A DNA stretch of 64,000 bases from Klebsormidium nitens (taxonomy: Eukaryota; Plantae; Klebsormidiophyceae). The stretch is from the NCBI GenBank assembly GCA_000708835.1, contig DF236986.1:241387-305386 (forward strand), read 5' to 3'. Below are positions 1 through 13,517 of this stretch, one piece after another (the stretch's first letter is position 1; the number at the start of each line of letters is the position of its first letter). The translations under genes were made by a program, and so were the position numbers. A model generated the notes under the pieces. The model saw only the letters and a list, made by a program, of their open reading frames with translations. It did no database searches and had not been told where the DNA came from.

Positions 1-3000
1 CAAGGTGCAAACGGCGACCCGCTTTTGCACCCCAGCCTGACAATATTCTAGATGAAATCGAAGCGGAAGCATATAAGAAGACGAGGAGAAGACGCTACGG
101 TGGGGCACCGTTTGTTGGGTAGTGCAAAACAACTAGAGCTTGACTCTTTCAGACCCAACAGCGGCTCCAGAACTATCCCAAACACAGGAGCGCCCACCTT
201 TTGGACGACCGTGCGGCGCCACACGGCCGGCCCCACACGCGGGCTCAGCTGCTGACGCAGCATGACGTCACACCCCTCCAGGAAGTTCTTGAGCTCCGTC
301 GAAGGCTCCCCCACGACGGAGAACGTCGGGCGGCCGTGCGCATCGTACGCGTACGAGTCCCCGACGCTGAAGCGCAGCCGCATCTGGTGCTCCTGCACCC
401 GGAGGGGGGTGTCGCCGAAGTGGATCGTCAGGGAGGGGGGGCCTGCACAAGGCAAAAGTATCCCCCTGTTATGCGTAAATTTGTGAATTTGGGATTCTGG
501 GGAGGTTTGGCACTGGCACTCCTGCACCCGGAAGGGGTGATCGTCTAAGTGGATCGTCAGGGAGGGGGGGCCTGCAGAAGGCAACATCGCCCCCTGTTGT
601 GAGTCAATTTCTGGGGGAATCTGCGCTGACGCTCCTGCACCCGGAGGGGGGCGTCGCCGAAGTGGATTGTCAGGAAAGGGGGGCCTGGACAGGGCGAAGT
701 GTCCCCTTGATTGTAGGTGGATATCATGGGGGGCTTGATACAAGCCAATATAGCTTCCTATCCACCTACAAAGTGGGGGTCCCGCAACAACTGCAGCAGC
801 CAAATGTGAGCCCCTTCTAGCATTCAGTAGAGGGCCCCACACGTGTCGAGATGCAGTCTCTTGATTTGTGCAAAGCTCAAGTCTCGAAGCAAAAACCGTT
901 GGAGATCACAAATGGCAACATCGTTTGGCGGACTGCATTAGCCGGCATGCAAGTAGTAGCCCTCTGAAGTTTAGAGCGGTCGAAGATAGAGTCCCAAGTT
1001 TCGGAGCAGGTTGCTTGGTTCGCCGAGGCGTTCCTCAGAAGATGGAGAGCCTACTGGAAGGCGCTCCGGAGTGAATGGAAGGGAAGACCTTACAAGGCTT
1101 CTTTCTGTTCTCAAGCACTGTTTATGTAACAAGCAAATCGCCACAAAGTGAAACAGACGGACAGAACTTGTCGACCACCAATGCAGCAATTTGCTCACCT
1201 GCATGATGGACCGACTCAACCACGTGCAGCAAGTCCACGTTCACTTCCCGGGGGGCGTACGCGGGCCACACCGGCGACCCTTTTCCCCCCGTTTTCCGCC
1301 TGGGGGTCGCCCCGCTCTCCCCCCGGGTCCACGACGTCGCCACGTCGCTGCTCGACGTTTCGACGTACGGCCCCCGGAGCGTCTCCGCCGGAGAGTAATC
1401 GTCGGGGGGCTGTAACACGTGCCCGAGCGGTCCCCTCTTCGCGAACTCGCCGCGGTCCCGCCCCGAGCTGCTGACGTCAGCAAGGCCCGTGCTGGCGTCA
1501 GCGAAGCCCCCCGGCGGGCTGTGCCGGGGGGGCGCCCGCATGACGAAGTAGCGGTCGCCGGTCGCGCGGGGGAACCCCCCCTCGGCGAAACCGGGGGAGT
1601 TGTTTCCGTGGACACCGGGGGACGGCACCGCGCCAGGGGGGTCGTACGAGGAGCGGCGAGGGGGGGGGTACCGTGTGAGCGGGAGGTCGATGGCCATGTG
1701 GGCGGAGGAGTAGCGGCGGGAGGGGCTCTCGAGGGGAATTGCGAGGGGGTCGAAGACGGCGTTTGGGCCGAAGAAGGAGGTCTCGGGGTAGGCACCGGAA
1801 TCTGTGAGAGAAAATGTACAAACGACAAGATTACCAGCTGTCTAAGCACATTTACTCGTACTAGCAAGACGAAAAGAAGGCTTATTTGAAGCTTTGAGAA
1901 TCTTCGGCCCTGGGTCTCGCGATTCCGTGGTGGATTTAGGATTTTGCGGATTCAGACAGGGAACACTGCCAGCCAGAAATAGGTGAATCCTCAGCCCTCC
2001 AAGAGAGTATTAGTTTCCGGCTGAAGGTTGAAATGCCTGTAATTCGCATCAGGCAAAAATTGATTCAATGCGCTTTGCGTGGGCAGGCATTATCCTCAAG
2101 ATAACTCGTAATCGGAGTAGTTATTTATATCTGCTTTATTTTAGACAAGCTCACCTCGATTCCCCGCCTCCAGGCCTAGCGTAGACGTGCTTGCAGGGCT
2201 TGATCCCACAGTAACATACGCCTCCTCTGTATACCCACCATACGACTGACTCAACGGATCCAAACTACTCTCCCTCGCAGACTGGAACCCTACAGGCCCG
2301 CTGTCAACTGACTCGCGATGCGCTATGATCAGGCGGTCAGCCTCCCGGTTAGTGCTAACCCTCCCCGTTTTGCTCTTTCCGACCAGTTTCTGGAGCGTGG
2401 GAAAGCATATGAATTTCCGCTTCGGTTGGAAGTCAGGGGTCGCGGGCGGCTCGGGCTCCTCCAATGGCGACTCGCCATCTGGCACGTCCTCGTCGTCGTA
2501 CCGGAAGTGGTCCTCCCGCGCTAACCCCGGGTTGTCCCGGTAACCCGAGTCGAGCGACCACCGGCGATTCGACCCGTTTGAGTCCGCAACGATCTCCTCG
2601 TTCTCCGCTAACGCCGCCAACCGGTTCGCGGAGTTTCCGCTGCTCATCGACTTTCGCGCGCTCCCGCTACGGGATCCGTGCGACCACCGGCGAAGCACCT
2701 CTTCTTCTTCCGGCAGATCCTGGTTAGCTGCTACACGCGCAACCTCAAGGACCTTCGTGTGATATTCGCCCCCAGTGTCAGCTCCCCCGTTAGTGTGAAT
2801 ATCCTCCCTGGTGTTACTACCTCTCCCAGTAACACTCCCGTTGGTCTCAAGCACAGTCCTGGTGCGCTCGGCCTCGTCCCCTTTCAGCCGGGCTGCTCCA
2901 GAGCTTTTCGCTTGGGGAGGCGCCGTTCCTTGCAAAGCTGGCCCCCCCTTCTCATACCTGTCCCCCCTCCCCGCATGCCCCTTATTGTCTACACCAACCA

Positions 3001-6000
3001 ATGGCCGCCCGACAGCTGGCGAGTCGCTGAGATCCGGCCCATGTCCCTCCGGTTCTGCCCAAACGTCAACTGCCGGAACCTGGTTAAGCCAGTTAACCAC
3101 CTTATCCGCAATCTCGTTCTCTCCCAAGAACCGGAGCCGCTCCTCCTCCTCCGGTCCCTTCCACTGCGAGTCCGACCCCCCCGTTCGCATACTGCCCCCC
3201 TTGGGGGGGCCTTCCCCCTGCAGATCCTGGCCCCCGTTTTGTGTCGCGCTCCCTTCGGGGGGGATCTCCGAGTGCGGATCTGACCCCCCGGTTTGCGACG
3301 GGCTCCTCGCAGCGTAAGCCACTGGCAGACCGCTGTCCAGCGATGCCCCCCGCTGCAACGCGGGCGCGCTTTTTACCTGTGGAAGTCTATCTTTCGCGAG
3401 CCTAATCTCAGTCCCGTAAGGGGACAGTTGCGGCCCGGGGGGGTCCTTTCCGGGGGTGCTGGGCATTTGGGCCCTTTCTGCTGGGCTGCCCATATGGATC
3501 CCGGAGAATGGGCTTTGCGAGCGAGGGGGATTTTGGGAACCCCCCGGAACGGGACCCCCCCCTGCGAGGCTCAGGGCGGCCAGGCTGCTGATGAGGGCGT
3601 CGGTTGGGGGGCGGCCGTCTTGTGGGGGGGTCTGGGAAGATTTGTCGAGGGCGTGGAGGAAGGCGGCGGTGCTGACGGCCTGAACGGCAGAGACTCCGCC
3701 TGCGTGGTTAAGCGAAACCAAGGCGGTTAGGCGCACACTTGTGAAGGGACAGATGGGCAAAAGCTGATGATCAGCAGGACTGATTGTGGGCTTTTCCAGC
3801 TTTTCTCTAAGAAAATGGTTGTTGGCAAGTGTGAAATCGAGAAGCTTCGAGCAGAGCATGGAGTGCCCACGTGCACAGATAAACGATCGTCCAGGTCGTC
3901 CAAAGTCCTCAAGGGGTTTGCTTATGGTCCGGCACCGGCAGTATGTGTGCGACTCAGCGACTCAATCTTCGAAGCATGCAAAAGCCCGCAATCCTCAATC
4001 ATAGGAGCATACATACAAGTAGTAGTGGACTGGTATTCAAAGCCCTGAGCGAGCGCTCTGCAAGCTCTTGCAGAGGCCAGCTACATATCAATCTGGGATG
4101 CAAACTTCCGAGCATCACAATCAACTTGGGGACAGCACACGGCGTCTTACTTCCAAAAGCCGCTCAAGAAGCACATTCGAGTCCCAGAACTCTAACAACC
4201 ATCTTCTATCTGTAAGAACAAAGGATTTGAAACACGCTCTTACCATCGGATGGTGGCTCCTCGCTAGACGGAAGGATGGAGACGGGCGGCGTCCTCTCCC
4301 CGCTTCGGGGGGGCAGCCCGCGCTCGGCGAGCCGCTTTGCATGGCCAGAGGACGAGAGGGGGGAGCTTGCGCTAGAGGACAAGACGGCTGCCAGAGTGGA
4401 GGGAGAGAAGATGTCCGCGAAGTTGGCTTCCTGGAAGTGGGGCGGAATGAAGTGCGAGTCAGGTTCCGCATCGAGCGGAACGTGTTAGAGCTCAGCTGAG
4501 GTGTTCCCAGATTCCTGAGTGCAGAAGAGTGTATAGGTTTGGGTGTTGCGTCGACCGGAAGGTGTGACGATTGGATGGGAAGGGTCACTTGTTGCGTCAA
4601 ACAAACGTACAAAACATGCAGCGATGTAAATGTAGGCGCCACACTTAACGGAGTGTACCTGCATTTACTTGAATCAGAGATGAGAGGCTGGAGACCGAAG
4701 CGGTTTCAGGCGACGGCAAAACTTCTACGAGTCGAGACAGTCACAAACGTCGCATGCAAGGAACTGGACTTGACTCGTCCTGGTTCGGAATCGTTGGAAC
4801 GGTCGGAAAAAGAGGGAGAGCAATGGAGGCACTCAAGTATCGAGGGGAGAACACAGGGAGTAAGACACGGGGAGGGCCTGGGTTTTGGATCCTGACACGC
4901 CCCAAAGGCGAAGGGAGAACGAAGATGACCCGCGGGGCGCAACTGAGAAAGGCGCATGGAAGATGGGGAAAAGCGGAATGCACGGCAAACTTCGACATAA
5001 CGAGGGAAGGAGGTGGCTGCTTACCAGAAAGAGCATCGCTGCGCAGTGCTTCAGGATCTCGATGTTCATTCGGCAGTCCTCGAGGCTCCTGTAGAGGTCG
5101 AAAACGTCAAGCTTCGCAAATCGCAGTCGTAGAAGCGGCACTCGGAGTGAACCCGGCTTGACCTTACAAGCTCTCACACACGTTTCTCTCCACTCAGTCC
5201 GCACCTAAATCCTGATCCTGAATGCCTCTTAGAAACGAATAGAGGCGAAAACTCTTAGCATTGTCAAACCAATCAGAAGCCAGTAGCAGTGCAGCGAGAG
5301 CGGGTTGAAGTGACTTCTGACCTGTGCTCCTGTTTCCCAAGCCCGCAATACTCGCCCAGCCTCGCCATCTGCAAATTAAAGGGTAAAGCATTTGCGTTTA
5401 GCAACCTTGCTGTATCGCTCTCTTTTAGTCGTCAATAAGCGAGAAGATTAGGTAGATCAGACACGGGATGTTTGGCCGTAGGTCCTCGATTGATCTGGAG
5501 CCTTTCAGGGAAGCCTTGTCGAAAAATGTCTCTGACACAACTTAGCAAGGTTTTAGTTTGAAATGACAGGTAATTTCACATCATTAAAAGTGCATTCTTC
5601 AGTGGTAAATGAAACGAGGTCTGTGTGCACTTCTACTCAGTGCAAATAAGGTAGTTCCAGCCTTGTGACTGGTGCCTCCAGTGGAAATTACTGATTATGG
5701 AGCCCAGCGAAGATCATTACTCCACTTCGGCAGTCCTTAAGCAGTCCCTTGACCTCCCTATGACCAGCCGCCAACCTGCCAACTACAGGTTGCAAACACC
5801 GTAACTGTGGTACAACCTACAGCTGTTGAGCGCCAAAAACATAACCCCGCATAACAGCGACCATTCCCACAATCGCATGGCCTGCGATCAAGATGGAAAG
5901 TCTGACCATGCTTCAACCCTTGCTTGAAATAGAACTAACCACTCGCACAGCTCTCCAACAGCTCTCTCTGCGGCCTTTAACCCACAGTAAAGGGGTTAAC

Positions 6001-8016
6001 TGGTGGTGAACTGGGGGTTTGTGAACTCACAGTAGGCCCTTGACCACTTCTTCAACATCATCGAAATGCTCTGACTTGACCCTCGACTAACTTCTTGATA
6101 ACCTTCGACTGCCACTCAACTAACCCACCTTGAGGTTTCCGGCCCGCATGCCAAACTTGGACCGCAGCAGCGGCAGCGTGTCGATCACTCCGAGCGGCTC
6201 GGGAGCGGTCTGGTTGCACTTTTGAAATGCTTCTCGAATCCGCAGATTGTCAAACTTGACGATGTTGTGGCCGGCCCATACTCGGCCTGGAGGAAGAAAG
6301 GTTGAGGAGTGGGTCAAACTTTAGAGTTGATCTTACTAACCCCTGCGCAGCCTTAAAGAAGATACTGTTATGAACTGGGTTAAAATTCGACGTCGAGGGC
6401 ACACGGCCTGGGGGAAGAGAAGGGCAAAATGTTGGTTTCGCGATTTGTGGTTGAGAGTGAAATTGTGAACTATATAATGCTGTGGCCATTCGATTGGTCG
6501 TGTGAGGGGGAGAATGATTACATGTCACTGCAAAGAATTTAGTGCACTTCGCAAAGCAAAATGGTAACTGTTGGAATGCAAGAAGCTGTGGCCAGCCCCT
6601 AAGCCAACTGGGGAGAGAGACTGTTCCGATGTTGGTTTAGGCGTATTATGACGTGCTTCAGGTAGTAAAGCTGGATATTACCAGTCTACAACACTGGGGC
6701 CCAAACTCCGCTCGACGGGGGAGTTCAGTGAGATTGGCTCAAGCATCTGTCCATGCTGCCCGTCACCTGATTCAGCGAAGCTGTTAAAATCCTGACAACA
6801 TCATGGCCCGCCCACAAGCAGCCTTTGGAAAAATAGGTCACATGTATCTGGTTTCACAAGACATCATTGAGGGTGAGATTTTGCGCAGAGTGTCAACATC
6901 TCAATGTCATGTCAAAAGTACCACATAGTGGGTGCCTCAGCAAAAGGTTGGGCCAGGTGCACTGTGTGATAACATGCCTTTCAATCAAACATGCCTTTGT
7001 TAGGACCAAGGTTTAGCCACACTCTTAGTTCTGCCTGTCAGACGAACTTGTTCTGCGGTGGGATGGCAAGGAGATTGAAAAGGACACTTTGTGTTGGAAG
7101 AGGTGGGGGGCAGGTTCCAGGAAATTGCTTGTCACACCAAGTACTTGGGGAAGGAGTGCTCAATTACCAGAGGGCACCAAGCTCCCCAATCCGATGGTAC
7201 TACTCACGAAATCTTCCAGCACGTGTGTCCAAAAAGGTGAAACGATGAAGACCAACCAGATAAACGAGGTGCACAGCGAAAGGACACCAGAATACCCAAT
7301 GCTGAATGCTAAGCGCAAAGCCCCTCCCAGCATGATGGGGGCAGCTTTGCACTCCCTGTCGTAGGCCCCAGCTCCCCAAAGGCAGTGGAAATTCTGGCCT
7401 CTTTTCATGATGCCAGTTGCGCGAGGAAATACAATCTCCGTCAAGCGTGCCAACAAAAGAATTTATAGAAAATGCTTTCTATGGCGTCTCGAGAGTGGGG
7501 CGCAAGCACAATTGTGCTTTTATATTTTGCTGGGACGATGTTGACAAAGAACCTGAAGACAACTTTTACGAGGGCCAAGCGGTTGATGGGCTCCCCTTCG
7601 GAGTTTTCATCCAATGTCTCCTGACTCCTGATAGTCCCACCTCCTCTGGAACACCAAAAAGTTGACACCTAGAAACTTCCAAGCAGTCACCATAATCAAC
7701 GAAGACTCAGCTATAGGAAGAAAAGAACTATCTTCCCACCGTGTAGAATCCTGTAGATCTGCTCCGCAACCTCCGCAAAACGAGGGGCGCCCTCGCACTT
7801 CTCCCCCGTGATCCCGTTGCAAGCAACACTCTTGGGTGTGATGAGAGTCAAATCCGCTGGCCGTACGAGCGTCGAAAAGGAGAACACCTCGTAGAACCCC
7901 TCCGCTGCCAGCACGACTGCCGCAAACTCAAGCAGCTCATACTGCTCGCCCTTCTTCGAGGGTATGGTGGTTTCAACGTCCAGAAAAGCGATCTGCAGGG
8001 GGGCCTCTCCAGCCAT
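1..8016 (-). CDS. NEN: NEN-family (NAC45/86-dependent exonuclease-domain) DEDDh 3'-5' exonuclease, multi-exon, 3' end beyond window
   Basis: Phase-compatible GT-AG exons 8016-7740, 6286-6129, 5368-5322, 5088-5025, 4430-4244, 3699-2155, 1801-1199, 442-198, 36-<1. The joined protein has IAFLDVETT (ExoI), WAGHNIVKFD (ExoII) and QEHRSLEDCRMNIEILKHCAAMLFLEANFADIF (ExoIII). The C-terminal PREVNV...GPPSLTIH...LRF...AHGRPTFSVV...LEGCD block matches the plant NEN C-terminal domain as I recall it. An alternative in-frame ATG lies at 8049. Confidence 0.88.
385..690 (-). repeat. Three diverged tandem copies (129 and 113 bp spacing) of the NEN exon-8 splice acceptor plus the first ~60 nt of the exon
   Basis: cag|GCCCCCC..CCTGACGATCCACTT...CCGGGTGCAGGAG recurs with exon-start positions 442, 571 and 684. 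Confidence 0.9.
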
Positions 8017-8787
8017 GCTAGTTCGCCGAATGTGGGGACTGGGCAGCATTTTGGCTATTTGGAAGTCCCAGGTTTCAAACCAATGTTTCTAACACCTCAA
8101 GATGCAACATCTAAGAAATAAGTCCAACCTGAGCTGCCACCACTTGAGAGCGAAGAAACGCAGAGACACGCCTTCACATGCCGCAAACGCAAAAGCCTAG
8201 AGAAGAATCAAACTATGTGTCTCTCGTTGCCTAACCCTCGTGCACCTGAGGATCTTCCTGACTTTTGCTTTGTGGCCATTATGCATCTGGCTGCTAAAGC
8301 TCGAGCTAACTGGAGTCTGGGACAAAATGAGTACATGTATGCTAGCATGTCCCCTACTTTTTCTCCTCCATTGTGAGGCGCTGCAGACACTTTCTAGCCC
8401 CTACAAAAATAGCGGGAGTGTGCAGGTTCAGCTCCGGCAAGTCAGGCTGAGCGGATTCCGAAGCCCGCGGAAGATCGTCTCTGACACAATCTCGATTCCG
8501 CCGGAATCGACGGAGTCGGCCCTGGCATAAGGAAGGAGATTGACCATTATCGGACACCTGGCAGGCTTATAATGTTTAACTTTCCTAGTGTCAGTACTTT
8601 TGCGGCTGGCCATATCTCACTATCTTGACACGCTTTTCTGCTTGGCAAGGTCTACCCATTTAATACCGCGCGCTGGCTCAGCTCAGATGCATTTGAAATG
8701 TGGCGCGCTGCAATGGATGCTGCAGTGGCGACGTCTTGTCATTGACAGGGAAGCTTTGTTCTGCCACCAGCCGCTTCTATAAAAGCA

Positions 8788-11700
8788 ATGACTAGCCTTG
8801 TTCAGGGTTTGAATCTGGCTCCTCAGCAGGCACTTCGCCACCTGCGTATCCAAACAGCCTGCGGGGAGGCCAATCTGTGGCACATATCTTCAGTATTGCA
8901 ACCACTGAAGAGTTGCGGTGGTTGGAGTCCTATTCAGGGTCGGAATTCAAGTCGCCTTTCGTGTCTTCCAACATCAGCATATCGAAATCCAGCTGCAGTG
9001 ACGTCCTGCAGCAGTTCATCCTCCTTTCAGCAACTCAGAACAAACAGTAAGGCCTCCTTTCCAGCGCACCAACCTGACAGCCACACTTGCAGAAACTCAC
9101 ATTCAAAAAGCACGGCCACAGGGGTGATGAAAGGCGGGCACGACGGTTTCCTCGAGGAGGGCGCTGCGTGTCCGGATGGATACCGTCCAAATGTGGGGGT
9201 GTGCCTGGTGAATGCGGACGACCAGGTGTTTGTGGCCAATAGGCTGGACATGGAAAATGCGTGGCAGATGCCCCAGGTAAGCATTGCTTTCGTCAAAAAA
9301 CCCCTTTGGTCTTCATTCATAGAAGCGTCCGAATATCGAAAGTTCTTTTGTTTCCTTCCTTGATTGGTTCGTGAGGCACTTAGCTCAACCCAAGTCCTTA
9401 GTTGGAGAAAAATTTCTGCTGCCCGTTCCATTCACCGTTCTAAAGCAGCTATCCTCAGATTGCGCTCTACCCACTGAAGCTGGCGGCATGCAGTGGTTGT
9501 CATGTTCTCCCTATCCTTTGCTCGCTGTGCCTACAAAAAGTACCTCTGAATCTTACCTCTGAATGTATGGCCGATCAGGTTAGTTACTCAGGTGGCTGTA
9601 TGCACCATCTGAGATCACAACCGTCGCAATTCCTTGAAAGACAATCTTTAATGCTTGAGAGCCGCAATGAGGCCAGACATGTCATCAAAACAGGCCGTCC
9701 TTACATTTGTACATCCAAAGTCTTGCTGCGAACCGTCACTTAAAACTCCTCACATTTCTCTCTATTCTCATGCTGCTTCGTCCGAGTTCCTGGCTTTCAT
9801 GGACTCGTGTGGAAATAGAGCTCTGCCTACTGGGGACTCCTCTAGATGCCTTGGCTTACGAGTACATCTTCCCAATCTTTGTGCAGGGGGGAATTGACGA
9901 GGGAGAAACCGCTGCTGAGGCTGCGGTTCGAGAGCTGCGAGAGGAGACGGGCGTCACGTCGGCTGACATCATCGGACAAGTCTCACGGTGGTAAGCTTGT
10001 GAGGGGAGCTCGTAAAAGGTGCAACCACTCTAAAAGAAGTCTGCATCATCTTCGAAGCAGGAGGTTTCTTTTTAGAATAATATGCTTTTTTTGTTGCAGT
10101 TTCTATCAGAATCGCTGACAGTGTCTGACATTCGGCCGGGCAATCAGTGGTCAGAATGTTGAAGTTGGTTGAGAACACGGTTCATCTGTGGCTCAGAGTT
10201 GTCCTGGTACTTCCAAGTCTCTTTGCGCAGGTCATAGTTTGTGAAAATATAGGCTTTCATCCAACCTAAATTTCCAGGCGTTAGCAATGATGACCGGTGA
10301 CCTGAAAGCGGGTTGTACATTAGAATCAGACACGTTTCAGCATTTCTTTCTTTGGCAATGACAGATGCTATTTCTGTCTCTTTTCGCACATCTTTCGAAC
10401 GACCTCACTTGCCCCTCGAGATTTGTCTTCCGAAGGATTGGGGTACTTTAGCTAGGATAGGAAAAGACGGCGCATGTTGTTTATACTCCCAAACTCTGAG
10501 GACTCATGCGCGCCGCCCGCGGAATACGCATCTTGGGACTCATTTCTTATTACCAAGTTTCAATTATGCTCCTTCATCCTAATTATCTGGGTAGGTACCG
10601 ACCTCTGGAATTGCCTGGAATTGCCGCAGCGTTCCCTTCGGATTTTTCCAGAGCTCAACTTTGTTAACGCGATAGCGAAGTCGCTTTCCCGGTTTCTCCC
10701 AAGGTCCTGATTGAATCCCCGCAAAGTCGTCTCTGCCGAATTTTCGTACAGGGTCACATATGACTTTCCTCCGGACGTCCGAGCTCGGCTACGCGAACAC
10801 TGGGGCAAGGACTGGAAGGGGCAGGCCCAAAAGTGGTGAGAACAGGCTCCATAAGACCATCGGCCCCCGGCATACGGATGCCAGGGGTATCAGGGCACGT
10901 CGGATCTGCGCGCAATTGTCAATGAGATTCCCGGAGAGTAGGTCCAGATACGAAGGGGTGTACGAGGGTCCAAGTGTCCTCTACAAATTCTGTTCAGGTC
11001 CATCGTCTCGAGAAGGCGCTAAGGGGGGCAGGCAAGGAGTTTGACAACATGCGGTGCTATCATCTGTCAAAAATGAGGCTTGGAGCTTTGATCACTGGAA
11101 GCGAATTCCAACATTCGTCGGATTGTAGACCTCGACACCGCTGAAACAGGATCGGGATTGGGTCGGTTGCCAGTTTTCAAGTAAAGAACAGCTTTATGAA
11201 CGCTATCAAAGGCCGCCAGCATTGTTTCTCGCGTTGGCAGGGGCCTTCGAGATGATTTCATGAACGATATGCTGAAGGAACTCCTCGTAGCTAAAAATAT
11301 TCATGCGACCAGAAGGCCGTCATGTGCTTTTGCTGGGTGGTCGCGGAAAGACACAATCTGAACGCAGAGCCCATGGAAACTGAAGGGCCGGATATGCCGT
11401 CCCTTCTGCAGTTAGTAAATTTGTCGGACTCTTGCACTCGCACGTCGAGGGCTTTGTGGAAATTTCAACGATGTCTCGGTCGTTTGTCGTGGGGGTTTGC
11501 ACCCCTTGGTTCTCTTGTTTGTAACTACTCATTTCGAGAAGACTGTGCGTGCAGGTTTTTGTTTCGACTAACCGGAGACGAGAGCGAGATCAATCTTCTA
11601 GGAGACGGGTCCGAGAAGCCCGAGTTCTCGGAGTATAAGTGGGTTGACGCAAACCAGGTGGTTAACAAGGTGGGTGAACATCTACACGCCCAGCCCGAGG

Positions 11701-12369
11701 CCTGCATCGATCATGCTGTGATCGTTGATTATTTTTGACCACTGTAATCGTTGACGACGTTTGAAACGCTGTGAACGTTGATAACGTCTGAACATTCAGA
11801 TTCAGTTATACTGAATCAGAAACAGATCAAGTCAATCTGAGCGGGATTTGGTTTTTTTGAAGGCGTGACTCCGGATCTTTCTGGTAATTTGAGGTCTCCG
11901 GAAGATGGAACATGCTCTTTAAGAAAAATACAGGACTTACAATGAACGGTCCATTTTTCGTTCAAGAGCATCCATTTCCTTTGTGGATGGAGGAAGAACA
12001 GTTGTTTGGTTTACGCACTCCGCTGCAGTCACCTCATACCCAGAGCTTCTCAAAATCCTCAATAGTCATGCCCATTCAAACAAGCAAGGAGCCGTGTTAG
12101 GCCCGAAGTTCAGCAGTCGGGCTGTTATATCGTTTCAAGCAGAACAACTTCAGCAGTCTGTTTTCGCTGCAAGCACAACAGTGGATGGCGAAGTCACCAC
12201 ATACTCTCTTTCTGGATGGGTCGACTTACCCCGACTCATCTGCTCGCAGGCTGTAAAGTTCAAGCGAGCGGTGTATGAGCAGGTAATAGATGAGTTTGGC
12301 AAGGTTCTCCCAAGTTTCAAGCGCCCTCTTGAGCCATCCGTGCCGGCTCCTGACGGTCCAGTGCTGTAG
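8788..12369 (+). CDS. Nudix hydrolase, Ap4A hydrolase/RppH-like (plant NUDT25/26/27 type), with a probable organellar transit peptide
   Basis: Exons 8788-9276, 9887-9990, 10752-10835, 11555-11669, 12250-12369 join to GYRPNVGVCL...[29 protein letters not shown] (Nudix box)...WVTYDFPP...WKGQAQKWFLFRLTGDESEINL...KPEFSEYKW...FKRAVYEQV. The N-terminus is Ser/Arg-rich. Confidence 0.92.
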
Positions 12370-12957
12370 CGCGCTTCGCTTCTCATTGTCGACTGTCGAC
12401 CACAAGAAAGGGTTTTGGAGTTACTGAAAAGACAGGGGAGCGCACAATGGGCGCCATCGGCACTCGAATGCGTTCATCTTTGCGTTTGCGACTGATCTGC
12501 GGCGTCCATAAATGATAGACGGAGCTCACGCTTTGCTGTCTCTCCTTAACGACTGCAAAAACGGGAGCACGAAAGCAGAGCAATCGGGAGCAGTGCGCCT
12601 TCGGATCATAGGATTTGTGAACAGAATGTTTCCTAGTGTAGACGTTGAAAGCAGCTAGAGTCCGATCATTGTTGCTCGGATACTCTTGCCTTGCATGCAC
12701 CATCCGGTCCATCCCTCAATCACTACATGATTTCTTGCGGATAAGTTGAGATGGTTATGGCTACATGTATATGTCCGACCCTGGCTGTCACATTTCTGGC
12801 TCCTGAACGCAGCTGGCCCATGCTTATTGCCAGTATGTCGTCTTAGTAAGAAGTGACATTATAGGCCTTGATTGAAATGTCCGATCACGGAAGGCTGAGG
12901 CCGTGATAAGCATGATGTTGAATTCGACTTGCAACTTATAACCATCCGATCTGCATG

Positions 12958-13517
12958 CTAGTTAATTGTTAATTGTTTATTAACGTCGGTTCGGAGCCAT
13001 GACAGGCTTAGTCGACGATTGTCCTATTTAAGACCTCTGCGCGTCTTAACGTGCACATATGGACAAACTTAGCTACCGCAAATTGGTCCTCTTGATTGAG
13101 AAAGCTCTTTAGGTTTCTCCAATCGCTATGCTCGAAAAGTAATTGGAAGGGTAGTCTAAGGTCACTGAACGCTGTGCATTCAAAGATGAAATGCACTTCG
13201 TCCTCCACTACCCCTGACCTGCAGAGCTTGCACAGTCTCTCCTCTCGGGGTAAACCTTTCCACCTACCAATTTCGAGCTCTAACTTGTGCGAGCCAACTC
13301 TAAACCTTGCCAAGGAGAACAACAATGTGGGAGAGTGGACCAGCAAGTCAAGGTATCTCTCAAACGAGTAACCAGCTTTTACCATCTCGAAATAGGTGCA
13401 GTATCGACTTCCCGAAGCTTCACGTAGATCTTGCATATAAGCCAGTTCCGCTGTTCTAGAAAGGTCTTTCTGGTCAAAGCCAACTGCTATCGTAGGCTTC
13501 TCATGGCCGGCCGGCAT
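12958..13517 (-). mobile_element. 5'-truncated non-LTR retrotransposon (LINE, RTE/RTEX/L2-like 3' end)
   Basis: ORF 13008-13517 encodes LARFRVGSHKLELEIGRW..PREERLCKLC..VEDEVHFIFEC, the typical C-terminal CCHC region of LINE ORF2. It is followed by a short 3' UTR with AATAAA and a (CAATTAA)2 tail at ~12960-12982. No RT domain is present and no TSD was found. Confidence 0.85.

Noticed and set aside
385-690. Regularly spaced repeats as a CRISPR-like array (also 35440-35790 and 63290-63538)
   Set aside because: Eukaryotic context; the units are long, diverged and duplicated along their whole length, with no unique spacers and no cas genes.
48-3859. ORFs 48-842, 1122-1867 and 2141-3859 as a retrotransposon gag/pol
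   Set aside because: They splice in phase into the NEN gene, and no RT, integrase or zinc-knuckle motifs are present.
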